This document shows positions 29,340-39,611 of a stretch of DNA of 64,000 nucleotides, piece after piece. The notes below the pieces were generated by a model. It searched no databases. It was not told the origin of the DNA and worked only from the letters and a program-made list of their open reading frames with translations. Each line of letters opens with the position of its first letter. The stretch's first letter is position 1. A program made the translations under genes and the position numbers. Source of the stretch: Promethearchaeota archaeon (GTDB taxonomy: Archaea; Asgardarchaeota; Lokiarchaeia; Sigyniarchaeales; SOKP01); the NCBI GenBank assembly GCA_048940645.1, contig JBHLOI010000007.1, positions 1 through 64,000 on the forward strand, given 5' to 3'.

Positions 29340-29624
29340 TTATTGTTTCTCTTTAAGATGATTTAAAACGTGGTCTTTTAATTTTTCCATTTTTTCACTA
29401 TCTTCTGGTGTTTTATAATATTTATTTAAAACATTAAGGATATTTTCATTTATATCGTTATGCTCGGATATACAATCAGTTTGTTTCAAAAAATCTTCTC
29501 CATGTCTTTGAGCAGCAGTATTTTCAGTTACTTTAATTAGTTCTGTCGCGATAACACAGTTTAAATAGATAAGATCTGATAGCATGTTCTTTATATACAA
29601 TAATAATTTAATCTGGTCGGACAT
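29340..29624 (-). CDS. Hypothetical protein
   Basis: ORF track; first gene of a tight minus-strand run with iscU. Confidence 0.7.
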   Translation of the reverse strand: MSDQIKLLLYIKNMLSDLIYLNCVIATELIKVTENTAAQRHGEDFLKQTDCISEHNDINENILNVLNKYYKTPEDSEKMEKLKDHVLNHLKEKQ

Positions 29625-30057
29625 AATAACTAAAATATAATTCTTCTTTAATCTTTTTTTAAAAATCTATATAAAAATACTAGATTCAACAAAAATTTCA
29701 GAAAATAAAAATAATAAAAATTATAAAATAGAATAAAGTACCAATAATCAAAGCTCCAATAAGTCCTATTCTGATTGAAAATGTTCTTTTTGCGTCTTTT
29801 GTGGTAATATCTTTCGGGAAGTTTTTTAAATTCTACAGATATTTAAATGTTAATTTCTTTTTCTTGTTTTTAGTAGTTACGTTAACTCTTTATGCTACAT
29901 TTAATACCATATGGCTCATTTAAGCGAAAAAGATACTAATTAAGAGAATTTATGTCAAACAATAATGATTAATATAATTTTTACTTTTAAATTTAATAAA
30001 GCTTTAATTTTTACACTATTTAAGTTCGAGAAAAAAATGTTAAATTTTTGAAGTGAG

Positions 30058-30531
30058 ATGGATTATAAAGATTTTCATGATGGACTATTGTCATTATCTT
30101 TAATCTTATTTATTTTTTCAATTACATTTCTAATTGGTTCAATTGTTTTAAAACCCTTCATTGGATTAGAGCCATCCGATAGGGATTTCATTATAATTAT
30201 CAGTATTGTAAATATAATATTTAGCATCTATTACATGATAGAGGCTCTAAGGTTAAATAAAATTTTCAAATTAGATAATGGATATATTATTAAATTTGGA
30301 AAAAGAATTGGAATTGTCTCTTTAATTTATATACCACAGATTTTTTTAATAAGTTCCTTACTCATCAGAAATTTACATAATTTACAAATTATGATGATAG
30401 GTCTTATTATTTTTATAGAAACTTTATTGCTGGGTGTGGTTTTTAAAGAAGTGTATGACCTCATCTTTAAAGAGGAAGCTGAAAGAAAATTTGAATTAAA
30501 AAAAAATCGCAAATTATATTTTGAGAGATAA
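30058..30531 (+). CDS. Hypothetical four-TM membrane protein
   Basis: ORF track; four hydrophobic segments. Confidence 0.7.
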   Translation: MDYKDFHDGLLSLSLILFIFSITFLIGSIVLKPFIGLEPSDRDFIIIISIVNIIFSIYYMIEALRLNKIFKLDNGYIIKFGKRIGIVSLIYIPQIFLISSLLIRNLHNLQIMMIGLIIFIETLLLGVVFKEVYDLIFKEEAERKFELKKNRKLYFER

Positions 30532-30541
30532 AAAAAATTCC

Positions 30542-31783
30542 TTATTGTTTTGCTAATTTTTCAATTGCTGTATCAATCATTTTAAGTTTAGTAGAATATT
30601 TCTCCATAATTTCTGCAAATTTCTCAATATCAATCTCATTATTTTCTCTTAAAGATTTTAATTCATTAATCGTTCTTATTATTCCTGCTTTTTTATCATT
30701 TAATTTTTCTCGTTTACTATAAGGAATTTTCTGTTCTAATTTCTTCTTTTGAAATGATTTAAATCTTTTAATGTTTAAATCTTTGGGCACAAATTTGGTC
30801 AAATATACAATATTTTTGGGAACAAATGGAGCTAAATTTTCAGGGATAATTACTATAGGTTCTGGATCCTGTATTTTTTTAATCTCCTCATAATCTAAAG
30901 ATTCCACATTATTATTTTCCAGTAAATCCTTGACAATAGATAAATTTAGCTGAATACTATCCTGTTCTTCTTCTGATAAATAAGGTAAATCATTATACAT
31001 GGCCTCCCAGATTTCTTCAGCCTTCTCATAATAAAAGTTAGCTTTTTGTTGCAGTTTTTGGACTTTTTCTTTATTTATTGTCGTGATTGATGATTCTAAT
31101 GAAGCAATAGCCTTTAAATGGCATGCTTTCCCCATATCAAAATGAAATTGAGCTCTTAACTGATGTCGTTTCTTTTCATCATGCTTCTTTAAATAAAAGA
31201 TTCTCTTAGATAAAGCACTTAGACCTGCATAGAGTTTTGAGGCAAAATAAACGTTATTTTTGTTTTCTTCTCTTAAAGCAGCGATGCTTTGCGCTAATAC
31301 ACGCGTTTCTTCCGAATTTAATTCAAGATGTTCGGGGCTTAGTGATTTACCGAGATCACTCTGTAGGACTACTGCTGTGCTGAAATAAGCCGCTGTTTTA
31401 TAAATCTTACTGCTTTCAGACATAGCAACAACTGAATTCTCCCAATCTTCCTCATCCTCAAATCTTTCAGATAATTGAGAATAAGCTTTTGCTAAAACCG
31501 ATAAAACACGAGCACATTCAAACATCAAATCTTTAATCTCAATTTCGCGCTTATTTTCAAGAGGATCTAAATAATAAGGAGTAATATCTAATTTTTTTAT
31601 AATTTCAGATTGATTGTGATTTTGATAGTTAATATTTAATATTTTAGTATATTCTAATATCAGGTTCAAATCGTCCAAGCTAAAATGTTCTTCCTCTTTT
31701 TCTAAGGCATCTTCTAATTTTTTAATTTTAAAATGCAGATAACGTATTCTCTGCAATGACTCTTCTGTAAAAAAAGTAGACAT
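30542..31783 (-). CDS. Helical-repeat protein, probable BRO1-like domain
   Basis: DLMFECARVLSVLAKAYSQLS, SLSPEHLELNSEETRVLAQS, FASKLYAG, FDMGKACHLKA align in order with remembered Alix/Bro1 motifs. Confidence 0.55.
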   Translation of the reverse strand: MSTFFTEESLQRIRYLHFKIKKLEDALEKEEEHFSLDDLNLILEYTKILNINYQNHNQSEIIKKLDITPYYLDPLENKREIEIKDLMFECARVLSVLAKAYSQLSERFEDEEDWENSVVAMSESSKIYKTAAYFSTAVVLQSDLGKSLSPEHLELNSEETRVLAQSIAALREENKNNVYFASKLYAGLSALSKRIFYLKKHDEKKRHQLRAQFHFDMGKACHLKAIASLESSITTINKEKVQKLQQKANFYYEKAEEIWEAMYNDLPYLSEEEQDSIQLNLSIVKDLLENNNVESLDYEEIKKIQDPEPIVIIPENLAPFVPKNIVYLTKFVPKDLNIKRFKSFQKKKLEQKIPYSKREKLNDKKAGIIRTINELKSLRENNEIDIEKFAEIMEKYSTKLKMIDTAIEKLAKQ

Positions 31784-31919
31784 AATCTTTTTCAGTAGTT
31801 TTTTTGTTAAATTTGAGTTAATTAAGATTATTAAATCATCATTTTAAAACTAATCTATAAAAACTTTTTAATTACAGCTAAATTTATAAAATTCTGAGTT
31901 AAAATTTTATAAATAAATA

Positions 31920-33239
31920 ATGAATAAAAATACAATTTTTATCATTGAATTTGTTTCTGGAGGGGGATTCAATCAAGTTGAGATTCCTGCCTCTCTCTTT
32001 GCTGAAGGATTTGGCATGCTAAGATCTATTATTGCTGATTTTAAGAATTTAGATTATGAAATTGAAACTCTTTTAGATTTTAGAATCCATTTTTTATCAA
32101 GGTATTTAAACGCTGACTTCATTAACATTATCCAAAATTCAGATAATTTTTGTGCTAAATTTAAGGAATGTATTAAAAAAAGTAAATTTTGCTTTATTAT
32201 TGCTCCAGAATTCTTAAATATTCTTTTTAACCTTACAAAAATTGCATTAGATAACGATAGGATTGTTTTAAGTGTTGGTTTAAAAGGGATTATATTGGGT
32301 TCTTCAAAATTAAAAACCTATAATTTTTTAAAAGAGAAGAAAATTTGCACTCCAATAACTTTTTTAGTACCTTATAAACAAGGTAGATTTGATATTGAGT
32401 TCATAATTAGAAAACTGAATGAATTTGATGCCCCAATCATAATAAAGCCTGAAGATGGAGTTGGAGCAGAATCAATCTACTATTTTGAGAATGAAAGTCA
32501 AATTATAAAGTTTTTCAATCAATCTACAGATCTTTTTGACTATTCCAGAAGATATATCCTACAAGAATTCATTGAAGGTGTTGACTTGAGTGTTTCAGTA
32601 ATAGGAAATAACAATCCAAATAAATTATCTAAGAGCTCTCCAATCATAATAGGTATTAATCATCAACATATTGTCATAAAGGATTCCCATCACGAGTCAA
32701 AATATTTGGGAGGTTATACACCCGTAGAGAATTGGGAAGATATAGCGCTCTCTTTAAAAAAGAATTTCGAAAAGCTGAATTTTTCATACTTTAATGGATA
32801 TTTTGGTATAGATTTTATCCAAAAACAGGAGAAATTATTAAGTTTCGTCGAGATCAATCCAAGATTAACCACTTCATATATAGGAATTAGAAATGTTGTT
32901 AGACAAAACTTAATGGAAATTATCTTAAATTTTGATGAAAATGATTTTGATTTATACAAAAATAAATTCCGTAAATTTTCAAAATTTGGTCCTTTAAATC
33001 TAGAATATACTGGAATAGATTCTTTTGAAAATGTGAGTAAAATTATCATTCCTAAAATGATAAATGATCTTCCTGAAATAGTTACACCCCCAATAAAGCT
33101 TAATAGTGATGATAAAACTCAAAAAGATTATTATATTTGTTTTATTGCTACAAAAACTAAAGATCTTCCCTCATCTGAAAGGAGAATTAACAAGATTAAA
33201 AAGGTATTAAAAAAGAATGAATTTAATATTATTAAATAG
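31920..33239 (+). CDS. ATP-grasp ligase, MfnD (tyramine-glutamate ligase)-like
   Basis: FIIEFVSGGG...AEGFGML, IAPE, IIKPEDGVGA, QEFIEG, GYFGIDF, EINPRLTTSY. Confidence 0.75.
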   Translation: MNKNTIFIIEFVSGGGFNQVEIPASLFAEGFGMLRSIIADFKNLDYEIETLLDFRIHFLSRYLNADFINIIQNSDNFCAKFKECIKKSKFCFIIAPEFLNILFNLTKIALDNDRIVLSVGLKGIILGSSKLKTYNFLKEKKICTPITFLVPYKQGRFDIEFIIRKLNEFDAPIIIKPEDGVGAESIYYFENESQIIKFFNQSTDLFDYSRRYILQEFIEGVDLSVSVIGNNNPNKLSKSSPIIIGINHQHIVIKDSHHESKYLGGYTPVENWEDIALSLKKNFEKLNFSYFNGYFGIDFIQKQEKLLSFVEINPRLTTSYIGIRNVVRQNLMEIILNFDENDFDLYKNKFRKFSKFGPLNLEYTGIDSFENVSKIIIPKMINDLPEIVTPPIKLNSDDKTQKDYYICFIATKTKDLPSSERRINKIKKVLKKNEFNIIK

Positions 33240-34080
33240 ATAAAGCTAATATAATTGAAAATCCACCGTAATGTATCAGTAAAGAGATAATCAATGCATT
33301 CTCAACTTTTAAATGCTTATTTATGATTAAATTATATGTTAGAAGCCATAATGCCCATACTTGAAATATGATCATTAATACATTATCCAAAATACTTATA
33401 ACCGAATAATCTAATAGATCTAATTCCTTAAATATGTAATGAATTGCTAAATATATTATGGTTGGATAAAATATAAGACTAAAAGACAATAACAATTTAA
33501 TAGAATTCTCACTTTTCTTATAAAAGAGACGACAGATTAATTCATTTATACAATAATATAGTAGAAAGTTTATAATAAAAAACATATTAAAAAATATCTG
33601 TAAACTTAAATTACTTGTTTGAAAAGATTGGAATAGATTGGTAAAAAATAATAAGATTGGAAATAAGTCATTTAAGTTACAAAAAATTAACCCCAAAATT
33701 AAAAGGCCTATCGAAAAAATAACCGTATAGATTTTATAACCTTTCTCATAGTTAATAATTTTTTTTGGAGTTAAAAACATTAAACTTTTTAATATAGGAG
33801 AATTGAATTCTTTTTTTGAGAAATCGGGAGAAATAATGCTTTCAATACTATCTTGTAATGAATCATAAGCATGCTGCCCTAATTCTGTTAAATAATACTT
33901 CTTATCTTTTCTTTGTTCAATTAATTGAGACAATGCATCTAAATGATGATAAATTGTACCAGTGCTGACTTTTAATTGTTTTTTAAGTGTAGTAAAAGAA
34001 GAAAATCCATTGTCCCCAATAATTTTTATAATTCTTCTTCTAAGATCATGTCCTAATGCGTAATAAAAGTTGGATTCCAA
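33232..34080 (-). CDS. ArsR-like winged-HTH fused to multi-TM domain (possible ATT start at 34128)
   Basis: ALGHDLRRRII...SFTTLKKQLKVSTGTIYHHL...YYLTELG followed by about 5 hydrophobic segments. Confidence 0.8.
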   Translation of the reverse strand: MESNFYYALGHDLRRRIIKIIGDNGFSSFTTLKKQLKVSTGTIYHHLDALSQLIEQRKDKKYYLTELGQHAYDSLQDSIESIISPDFSKKEFNSPILKSLMFLTPKKIINYEKGYKIYTVIFSIGLLILGLIFCNLNDLFPILLFFTNLFQSFQTSNLSLQIFFNMFFIINFLLYYCINELICRLFYKKSENSIKLLLSFSLIFYPTIIYLAIHYIFKELDLLDYSVISILDNVLMIIFQVWALWLLTYNLIINKHLKVENALIISLLIHYGGFSIILALSI

Positions 34081-34130
34081 ATTTCCAGAATCATTGTTAT
34101 CTAAATTTTCTTTTTCGTTTTCTTTAATTT

Positions 34131-34553
34131 TTAACTCCCTTCTTTGGATTTTTCTTTTGTTAAAAGGATATTTAAATTATGAAAAAAGATAAGAATAGCA
34201 CCTGCTATAGACATATAAAAACCAATACCTGCGCTCTGGATATAAGCTATCTCTTGAGGAATTAATTCAAAAATAAAAATCAAAAAGAAACCAAATCCCA
34301 CAAAATTAATGATTACCGAATTTATTCGATATTCTAATTTAAAATATATTAATAAAGTAGCTATTAAACATATACTACCACTGATTAAAGGAAATAGATA
34401 TAAAAATGCATTTGAAATATCCACAGATATAGCTATTAAATATCTCTCCATTAATGAGTATCCAGAAAACCACGAAAAAAACTGAGATATAATCAATAAA
34501 ATTGACCCTGTTAGCCCTAACAACCTATAATCAAAATTAGATTTGATGTTCAT
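34131..34553 (-). CDS. Hypothetical membrane protein
   Basis: ORF track; four hydrophobic segments; GIGFY motif. Confidence 0.7.
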   Translation of the reverse strand: MNIKSNFDYRLLGLTGSILLIISQFFSWFSGYSLMERYLIAISVDISNAFLYLFPLISGSICLIATLLIYFKLEYRINSVIINFVGFGFFLIFIFELIPQEIAYIQSAGIGFYMSIAGAILIFFHNLNILLTKEKSKEGS

Positions 34554-34673
34554 ATACCATTCTCGATATTTGATTTTTCATACATAAACATTCAAATAGT
34601 ATAAAAATAAATATTAATATTAATTTATTTCTTAATTCTCAACTCAAAATTAATTGCTGTTTTTTGAAAAATC

Positions 34674-35999
34674 ATGTCTGTTCAAGAAGAACAAGTAGAT
34701 ATGGATTCAGTCGCATTGTTCGATTACTTAAAACAAGAAATCCCAGTCGATGATTTGAAGAATTATGCCTCCCCAAAACGGATTCGAAGCATAGATTTCG
34801 TAAAAGGATTAGCTATAGTCATGATACTCATGGCTCACACAAGCAGTGCCTGGTTAGATAGCCAATGGATATATCTTTATGGGATGATGTACGCTCTACT
34901 TGATTTTCTCGGACCCTCCCTGTTTGTGTTTCTTTCAGCTCTTAGTGTTATCTTTAGCGTCAAAAGAAAGCAAGGCGTTGTACCAGATAAAGTTATTAGA
35001 AATGGGATTGTTACCCGAGGTATCGTCATAATGGTGATAGGGATATTGTTTAATCTTCCAACGGTTTTCCTTTTTAACAAACCAGACTGGATTTGGAACT
35101 GGAATATCTTGGTATTCATTGGTTTTTCACAGATTGTCTCACTTTACGCTTTAAAGTTAGGTAAAGCGACAAGAGGAATTATCGGGACCTTCATTATTTT
35201 TACATCGGATGCAATAAGACAATACCTTTTTGATGGAAAAGTAGCTGGGAATACATTCCTCTCAATTATTCATTATATTGTAGTTTCACCAGCTCCAATG
35301 ACGCCTTTAATTCCGTTCTTATCCATATGCTTTATTTCAACTATTTTTGGTGAATATCTCTATGCTGCAATGATTGACGGAACTAAACAAGCCTATACAG
35401 TTCTTTTTAGAATATTTCTTTTCTGGGGTATTTGTCTTATTGGTTTGGGTATGATCTATCCTTTTATTCTTGGAACCCCCTTACAAACAACTGCAACTTT
35501 ATCTGCTGTAGATTATCCCTTTTTAGACTTGCTTAGATTAGCAAACTCTCAAACATTTACGAGTTTTAAATTTCCTGGAATGCCTGATTTCTTAATTAGA
35601 GGCAGATCCTCAAACATGTGCTATAATTTAGGATGGGCTTTACTTATAATTGCAATCTTTTTTTACTATATCGATATTAAAGATAAAGATAATAGTTTTA
35701 TTAGGATGCTTGTATATTATGGTAAAGTTTCTCTAAGTCTATTTCTTGTACATTGGGCATTTATTAGCCTTTTCGTAGGTTATTTTAATATCTTGTTCTT
35801 TATATTTATATGGCTTGGTTTCACTGGTTTAATGGGCTTTTTGATGTACATTTGGATAGAGTTTGCAAATGGGGTTGGAAGTCCTGAATGGATAATGGTA
35901 CAAATCAGTAGAATAGGGCAAAAAACAACACATGCAGTAAAAAAAGAAACACATCTCATTGTAGAGAAAATTAAGAAAGAACATGAGGATAAATCCTAA
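34674..35999 (+). CDS. DUF1624/HGSNAT-like membrane acyltransferase
   Basis: RIRSIDFVKGLAIVMILMAH; LFVFLS; GKVSLSLFLVH. Confidence 0.8.
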   Translation: MSVQEEQVDMDSVALFDYLKQEIPVDDLKNYASPKRIRSIDFVKGLAIVMILMAHTSSAWLDSQWIYLYGMMYALLDFLGPSLFVFLSALSVIFSVKRKQGVVPDKVIRNGIVTRGIVIMVIGILFNLPTVFLFNKPDWIWNWNILVFIGFSQIVSLYALKLGKATRGIIGTFIIFTSDAIRQYLFDGKVAGNTFLSIIHYIVVSPAPMTPLIPFLSICFISTIFGEYLYAAMIDGTKQAYTVLFRIFLFWGICLIGLGMIYPFILGTPLQTTATLSAVDYPFLDLLRLANSQTFTSFKFPGMPDFLIRGRSSNMCYNLGWALLIIAIFFYYIDIKDKDNSFIRMLVYYGKVSLSLFLVHWAFISLFVGYFNILFFIFIWLGFTGLMGFLMYIWIEFANGVGSPEWIMVQISRIGQKTTHAVKKETHLIVEKIKKEHEDKS

Positions 36000-36227
36000 T
36001 TAACTATAACTCTTTTTTCTTATAAGTAAGAGTAATAATGTATAGAAATTTTAAACAAAATACATACAACTAATATTCGATATCGGATTAAATGCTTTCT
36101 AGTCGCATTTAATGCTAAACATATAAATACCTATAATATAATATATCAAATATACAAAGGCATTTTTGTATTTAATAAAAATATAAGGCCTAGAAGTAAC
36201 CATTTTTATAACTTAACTTTAAAAATA

Positions 36228-36761
36228 TTGATTAAAATGGAAAAGGATACATTTAAATTTAAGATTACTCTTTTTGGGGCGGGTGGAGTTGGTAAAACCT
36301 CCCTATTGATTAGATATATAAAGGATTATTTTAATCCAGAATTGAAACAAACAATCGGTTCAAATTTTTTAATAAAAGATGTAGAAATTGAAAATACAAA
36401 TGTTAGATTACTCCTTTGGGATATTGGTGGTCAGGAACAATTTAGTAAGCTTCGACAAATCTATTTCAAGGGGAGTAATGGGGCTTTCGGCGTATATGAC
36501 GTTACAAGTCAACCTTCCTTATTAAAACTTCCTGGTTGGATAAGTAGTATTAAAAAGTCAGTAAAAAAGTCAATTCCAATGATAATAGTTGGTAATAAAA
36601 CCGATTTAGAACGCCAAGTAGAGAGATCAGAGGCAGAAGATTTGGTAAAAAGACTTAATTGCTGTGATTATTTAGAAACTTCTGCTAAAACAGGAGAAAA
36701 TGTAGAACCAGCTTTTAAAAGGATTGCACAAGCATGTTTAGAAAGTGTGAAAGAAGAGTAA
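36228..36761 (+). CDS. Rab/Ras-like small GTPase (likely start ATG 36237)
   Basis: GAGGVGKT, TIG, WDIGGQE, NKTD, ETSAK; no C-terminal prenylation motif. Confidence 0.93.
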   Translation: MIKMEKDTFKFKITLFGAGGVGKTSLLIRYIKDYFNPELKQTIGSNFLIKDVEIENTNVRLLLWDIGGQEQFSKLRQIYFKGSNGAFGVYDVTSQPSLLKLPGWISSIKKSVKKSIPMIIVGNKTDLERQVERSEAEDLVKRLNCCDYLETSAKTGENVEPAFKRIAQACLESVKEE

Positions 36762-36788
36762 TAATTATGCTGTAGTTAATAATGATGC

Positions 36789-37412
36789 CTATTTTAATTT
36801 GATACTATAAATTTGAAGATCTTTTTTTAATTTTTCAATATTGCTAAATCTGAGTGCTTTTATTCCAGCTTCCTCAGCAGCTTTGACATTATTTAAACCA
36901 TCATCAATGAATAGAATTTCTTTTGATTTACATTTTGCTTTTGCAATAGCTAATTGAAATATCGCAGGATCTGGTTTAGTCATTTGAATTTCATGCGATA
37001 GGATAAAATCATCAAATAAATTCCATATATCCCAGTTTTGTTTTTTTAAATATTTCCAATGACTCACATTAATATTTGACATACACATTAATTTTACGTG
37101 ATTAACTTTCTTAATAGTTTTTATTAAATCCAGCATTTCCAAATTGATGTCTGCTATAATACTGTTAAAAGCATTATAGAAGGCTTTTTGATCCAATGAA
37201 CATACTTGAAGTAACTCACATGCTAATTGATAAAATTCCTCTTTAGTTATTTTACCCTGATGAAATGTATCAGATTGACGGAAAAATTCCAACATTATGG
37301 GAGTGCTTGTTTTATTTAATGGAGATGGAGTGATAACTTCATTAAAAAACCGACTGAAATCAAGCTCTACAATAACTCCTCCTAGATCAAAAATTATACA
37401 TTTAATTGCCAT
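36789..37412 (-). CDS. HAD-family phosphatase (YihX-like)
   Basis: FDLGGV, SN, KPDP, FIDD. Confidence 0.9.
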   Translation of the reverse strand: MAIKCIIFDLGGVIVELDFSRFFNEVITPSPLNKTSTPIMLEFFRQSDTFHQGKITKEEFYQLACELLQVCSLDQKAFYNAFNSIIADINLEMLDLIKTIKKVNHVKLMCMSNINVSHWKYLKKQNWDIWNLFDDFILSHEIQMTKPDPAIFQLAIAKAKCKSKEILFIDDGLNNVKAAEEAGIKALRFSNIEKLKKDLQIYSIKLK

Positions 37413-37435
37413 AATATTCTCAATTTAGATAAAAA

Positions 37436-39496
37436 TTATTTTCTAAAAGATACTTTTGTTGAAAATCTGCGAAATGGTCTAGGAAGTTTGTATTTCGGAG
37501 CCCCCTTCGTTTCCTCTTCAAGTATTTCTATTAATTCACTTACCTTTATATTATTTATTTGCTCTGAAGTTGCTTTTTTTGGTCCAAAAGGCTTACCAAT
37601 TAATCTCTTTCTTATTGAAATTGTTTTATTTGCTTGTTCTTTTTTACCTACTATAATTGTATATGGAATCCATTCTACTTCTGCTTGTCTTATCTTTTTA
37701 CCAACAGTTTCTTCGCGATCATCAAAATCTACGCGAAATGATTTTTCACTTATAAGATTTAATAGCTTTTCAGCATAATCATTTTGTTCATTACTTACAG
37801 TAATAATTCTTATTTGAATAGGCGATAACCATGTTTTAAAACCTGGAACTAATTTGTCTTTATTTCGAACTGCAGATTCAATAAGCCCCCATAAAACTCT
37901 TTCTATACCTCCCGTCGGAGAATTATGTAATATCATAGGATGCTTAACTTTACCATCGGCATCTATAAACGAGATATTATATTTTTGTCTCTTTTTTCCA
38001 TCTGTATCTATCATATAGTCTAAACAACTTTCCACGTCTATCTGATTTGTAGCTAATGTTGCATCTTTATTTTCAGCAGAAAGGACATTTCTCTCAAGTT
38101 TTAATATATAATAATAATACCTTTCGTCCCATAATTCTAATAAAGCTGGAGCATCTTCTGATTTTATTAAATTCATTATCCAGTCTTTATTCTCTCTATA
38201 AAAATCTTTTGTAGCTCTAAATATCACATAAGTTTTCACTCCTAAGTCTTTTTCAAGACCCTTTATTAAAAAATATTGTTTTTTAAATTCCTCTATTGCA
38301 GAATCTAAATCTTTGCATAAACTATGCATATCCGGCATTATAAAAGCACGTAACCTCCGCAACCCAGTGAGTTCTCCTTCTAATTCCCGTCTAAAAGCAT
38401 ATTGTTCCCATTCATAAACCCTTAGAGGAAAGTATTGAGGTCTTAAGTTCATTGATGAGAATAAATCAAATAAAAGAAAATCCGAAGCATATCGTAGTAA
38501 ATATCTATCACTTCCAGACTCAAGCCAATAGCTTCTAGCTGGAAATCTTGCTGTTTGAGCAGTTAACTTTTTATTTTTAACTGTGTACATTATTGGAGTA
38601 TCAATAAGTATCGCTCCATAATCGATTAGCCTATCCTCAACGAAATTCTTTATCAAATTTTTCATTATAACTCCTTTCGTATACCATCTTAAATTTCCAG
38701 CATCGGTATTTGGGTCAAAATCAACTAATTCAAATTCTTTCATCACTTTGATGTGAGCAGGTTCTATTGATTCATCCACCCTCCTGGATCCAAGTTCAGA
38801 TCTTAGAAACATATAGAAATCTTGATCTTCAACTTCCTTAAACGGAAGAACATTATGTTCATGATCAAATTTTATATCTAATTCATTACCTGTAGGGGTG
38901 ATTACTTTGAAGATGGAATTTTTTATTTGTTCTTCAGGGGTAATCGCCAATTTTACATCTCTATACATTTCAGCTACTTCATGTCCAATGCAGGAAATTT
39001 CGAAAGATTTATACCATCCAAAAGGCGAGAATTTTGCTTTAATGCCTTTTTCACCTAAGAAATCAGCTATTTTTGGGCATACTTCCATAGCAGCTGCTTC
39101 ATTACTAAGAAATTTGCTTAAATGAGCCCAAGGATAAACTAATACCTTATCAACTTGGTACATTTTTCTATCCTTAATTAGTTCGACAAGTTTTCTTTTT
39201 TTTCCTTTAATCTTTCCTTGTTCGATCTTTTTATTGTGCTCTCGTATCTCTTCATTCTTTTCTCTAATTTTCTCTGGAAAATTTGTTATTTGGATTATAG
39301 CTTCTTCAATTACCTCAGCTCCCTGCTTTGAAATCAAATCTGTATCATAAGTATCCTGATCTTCAACTGAAACATAAGCAACAAGAATTAAACCCTTCAT
39401 CTCAATTAAATCTTCTGGAAAATCTTGTGGTTCACTTGTGGCAGGTTTGTTCTTAACAACTTTTACGCCATCTGAATGAATTAATAAAATTTTCAT
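37436..39496 (-). CDS. thrS: Threonyl-tRNA synthetase, archaeal type with N-terminal editing domain
   Basis: MKILLIHSD, YPWAHLS, SPFGWYK, FRRE..GEL.GLRRLRAF.MPDMH, ILHNSPTGGIER. Confidence 0.96.
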   Translation of the reverse strand: MKILLIHSDGVKVVKNKPATSEPQDFPEDLIEMKGLILVAYVSVEDQDTYDTDLISKQGAEVIEEAIIQITNFPEKIREKNEEIREHNKKIEQGKIKGKKRKLVELIKDRKMYQVDKVLVYPWAHLSKFLSNEAAAMEVCPKIADFLGEKGIKAKFSPFGWYKSFEISCIGHEVAEMYRDVKLAITPEEQIKNSIFKVITPTGNELDIKFDHEHNVLPFKEVEDQDFYMFLRSELGSRRVDESIEPAHIKVMKEFELVDFDPNTDAGNLRWYTKGVIMKNLIKNFVEDRLIDYGAILIDTPIMYTVKNKKLTAQTARFPARSYWLESGSDRYLLRYASDFLLFDLFSSMNLRPQYFPLRVYEWEQYAFRRELEGELTGLRRLRAFIMPDMHSLCKDLDSAIEEFKKQYFLIKGLEKDLGVKTYVIFRATKDFYRENKDWIMNLIKSEDAPALLELWDERYYYYILKLERNVLSAENKDATLATNQIDVESCLDYMIDTDGKKRQKYNISFIDADGKVKHPMILHNSPTGGIERVLWGLIESAVRNKDKLVPGFKTWLSPIQIRIITVSNEQNDYAEKLLNLISEKSFRVDFDDREETVGKKIRQAEVEWIPYTIIVGKKEQANKTISIRKRLIGKPFGPKKATSEQINNIKVSELIEILEEETKGAPKYKLPRPFRRFSTKVSFRK

Positions 39497-39611
39497 TATT
39501 ATCTTGATTATTTAATTAATTATGAAATCCCTAACAAAAAATTCTAAATATTTGATAATTTATTATATTTAAAATTCAAATTAATTATTACTAAAATAGT
39601 TATCTATTAGA

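Noticed and set aside
29698-29910. Minus-strand 71-codon frame ending in a TM-like stretch with internal TAA and TAG
   Set aside because: Two different in-frame stops and no recognisable homology. At most a decayed gene; not evidence for readthrough or pyrrolysine.
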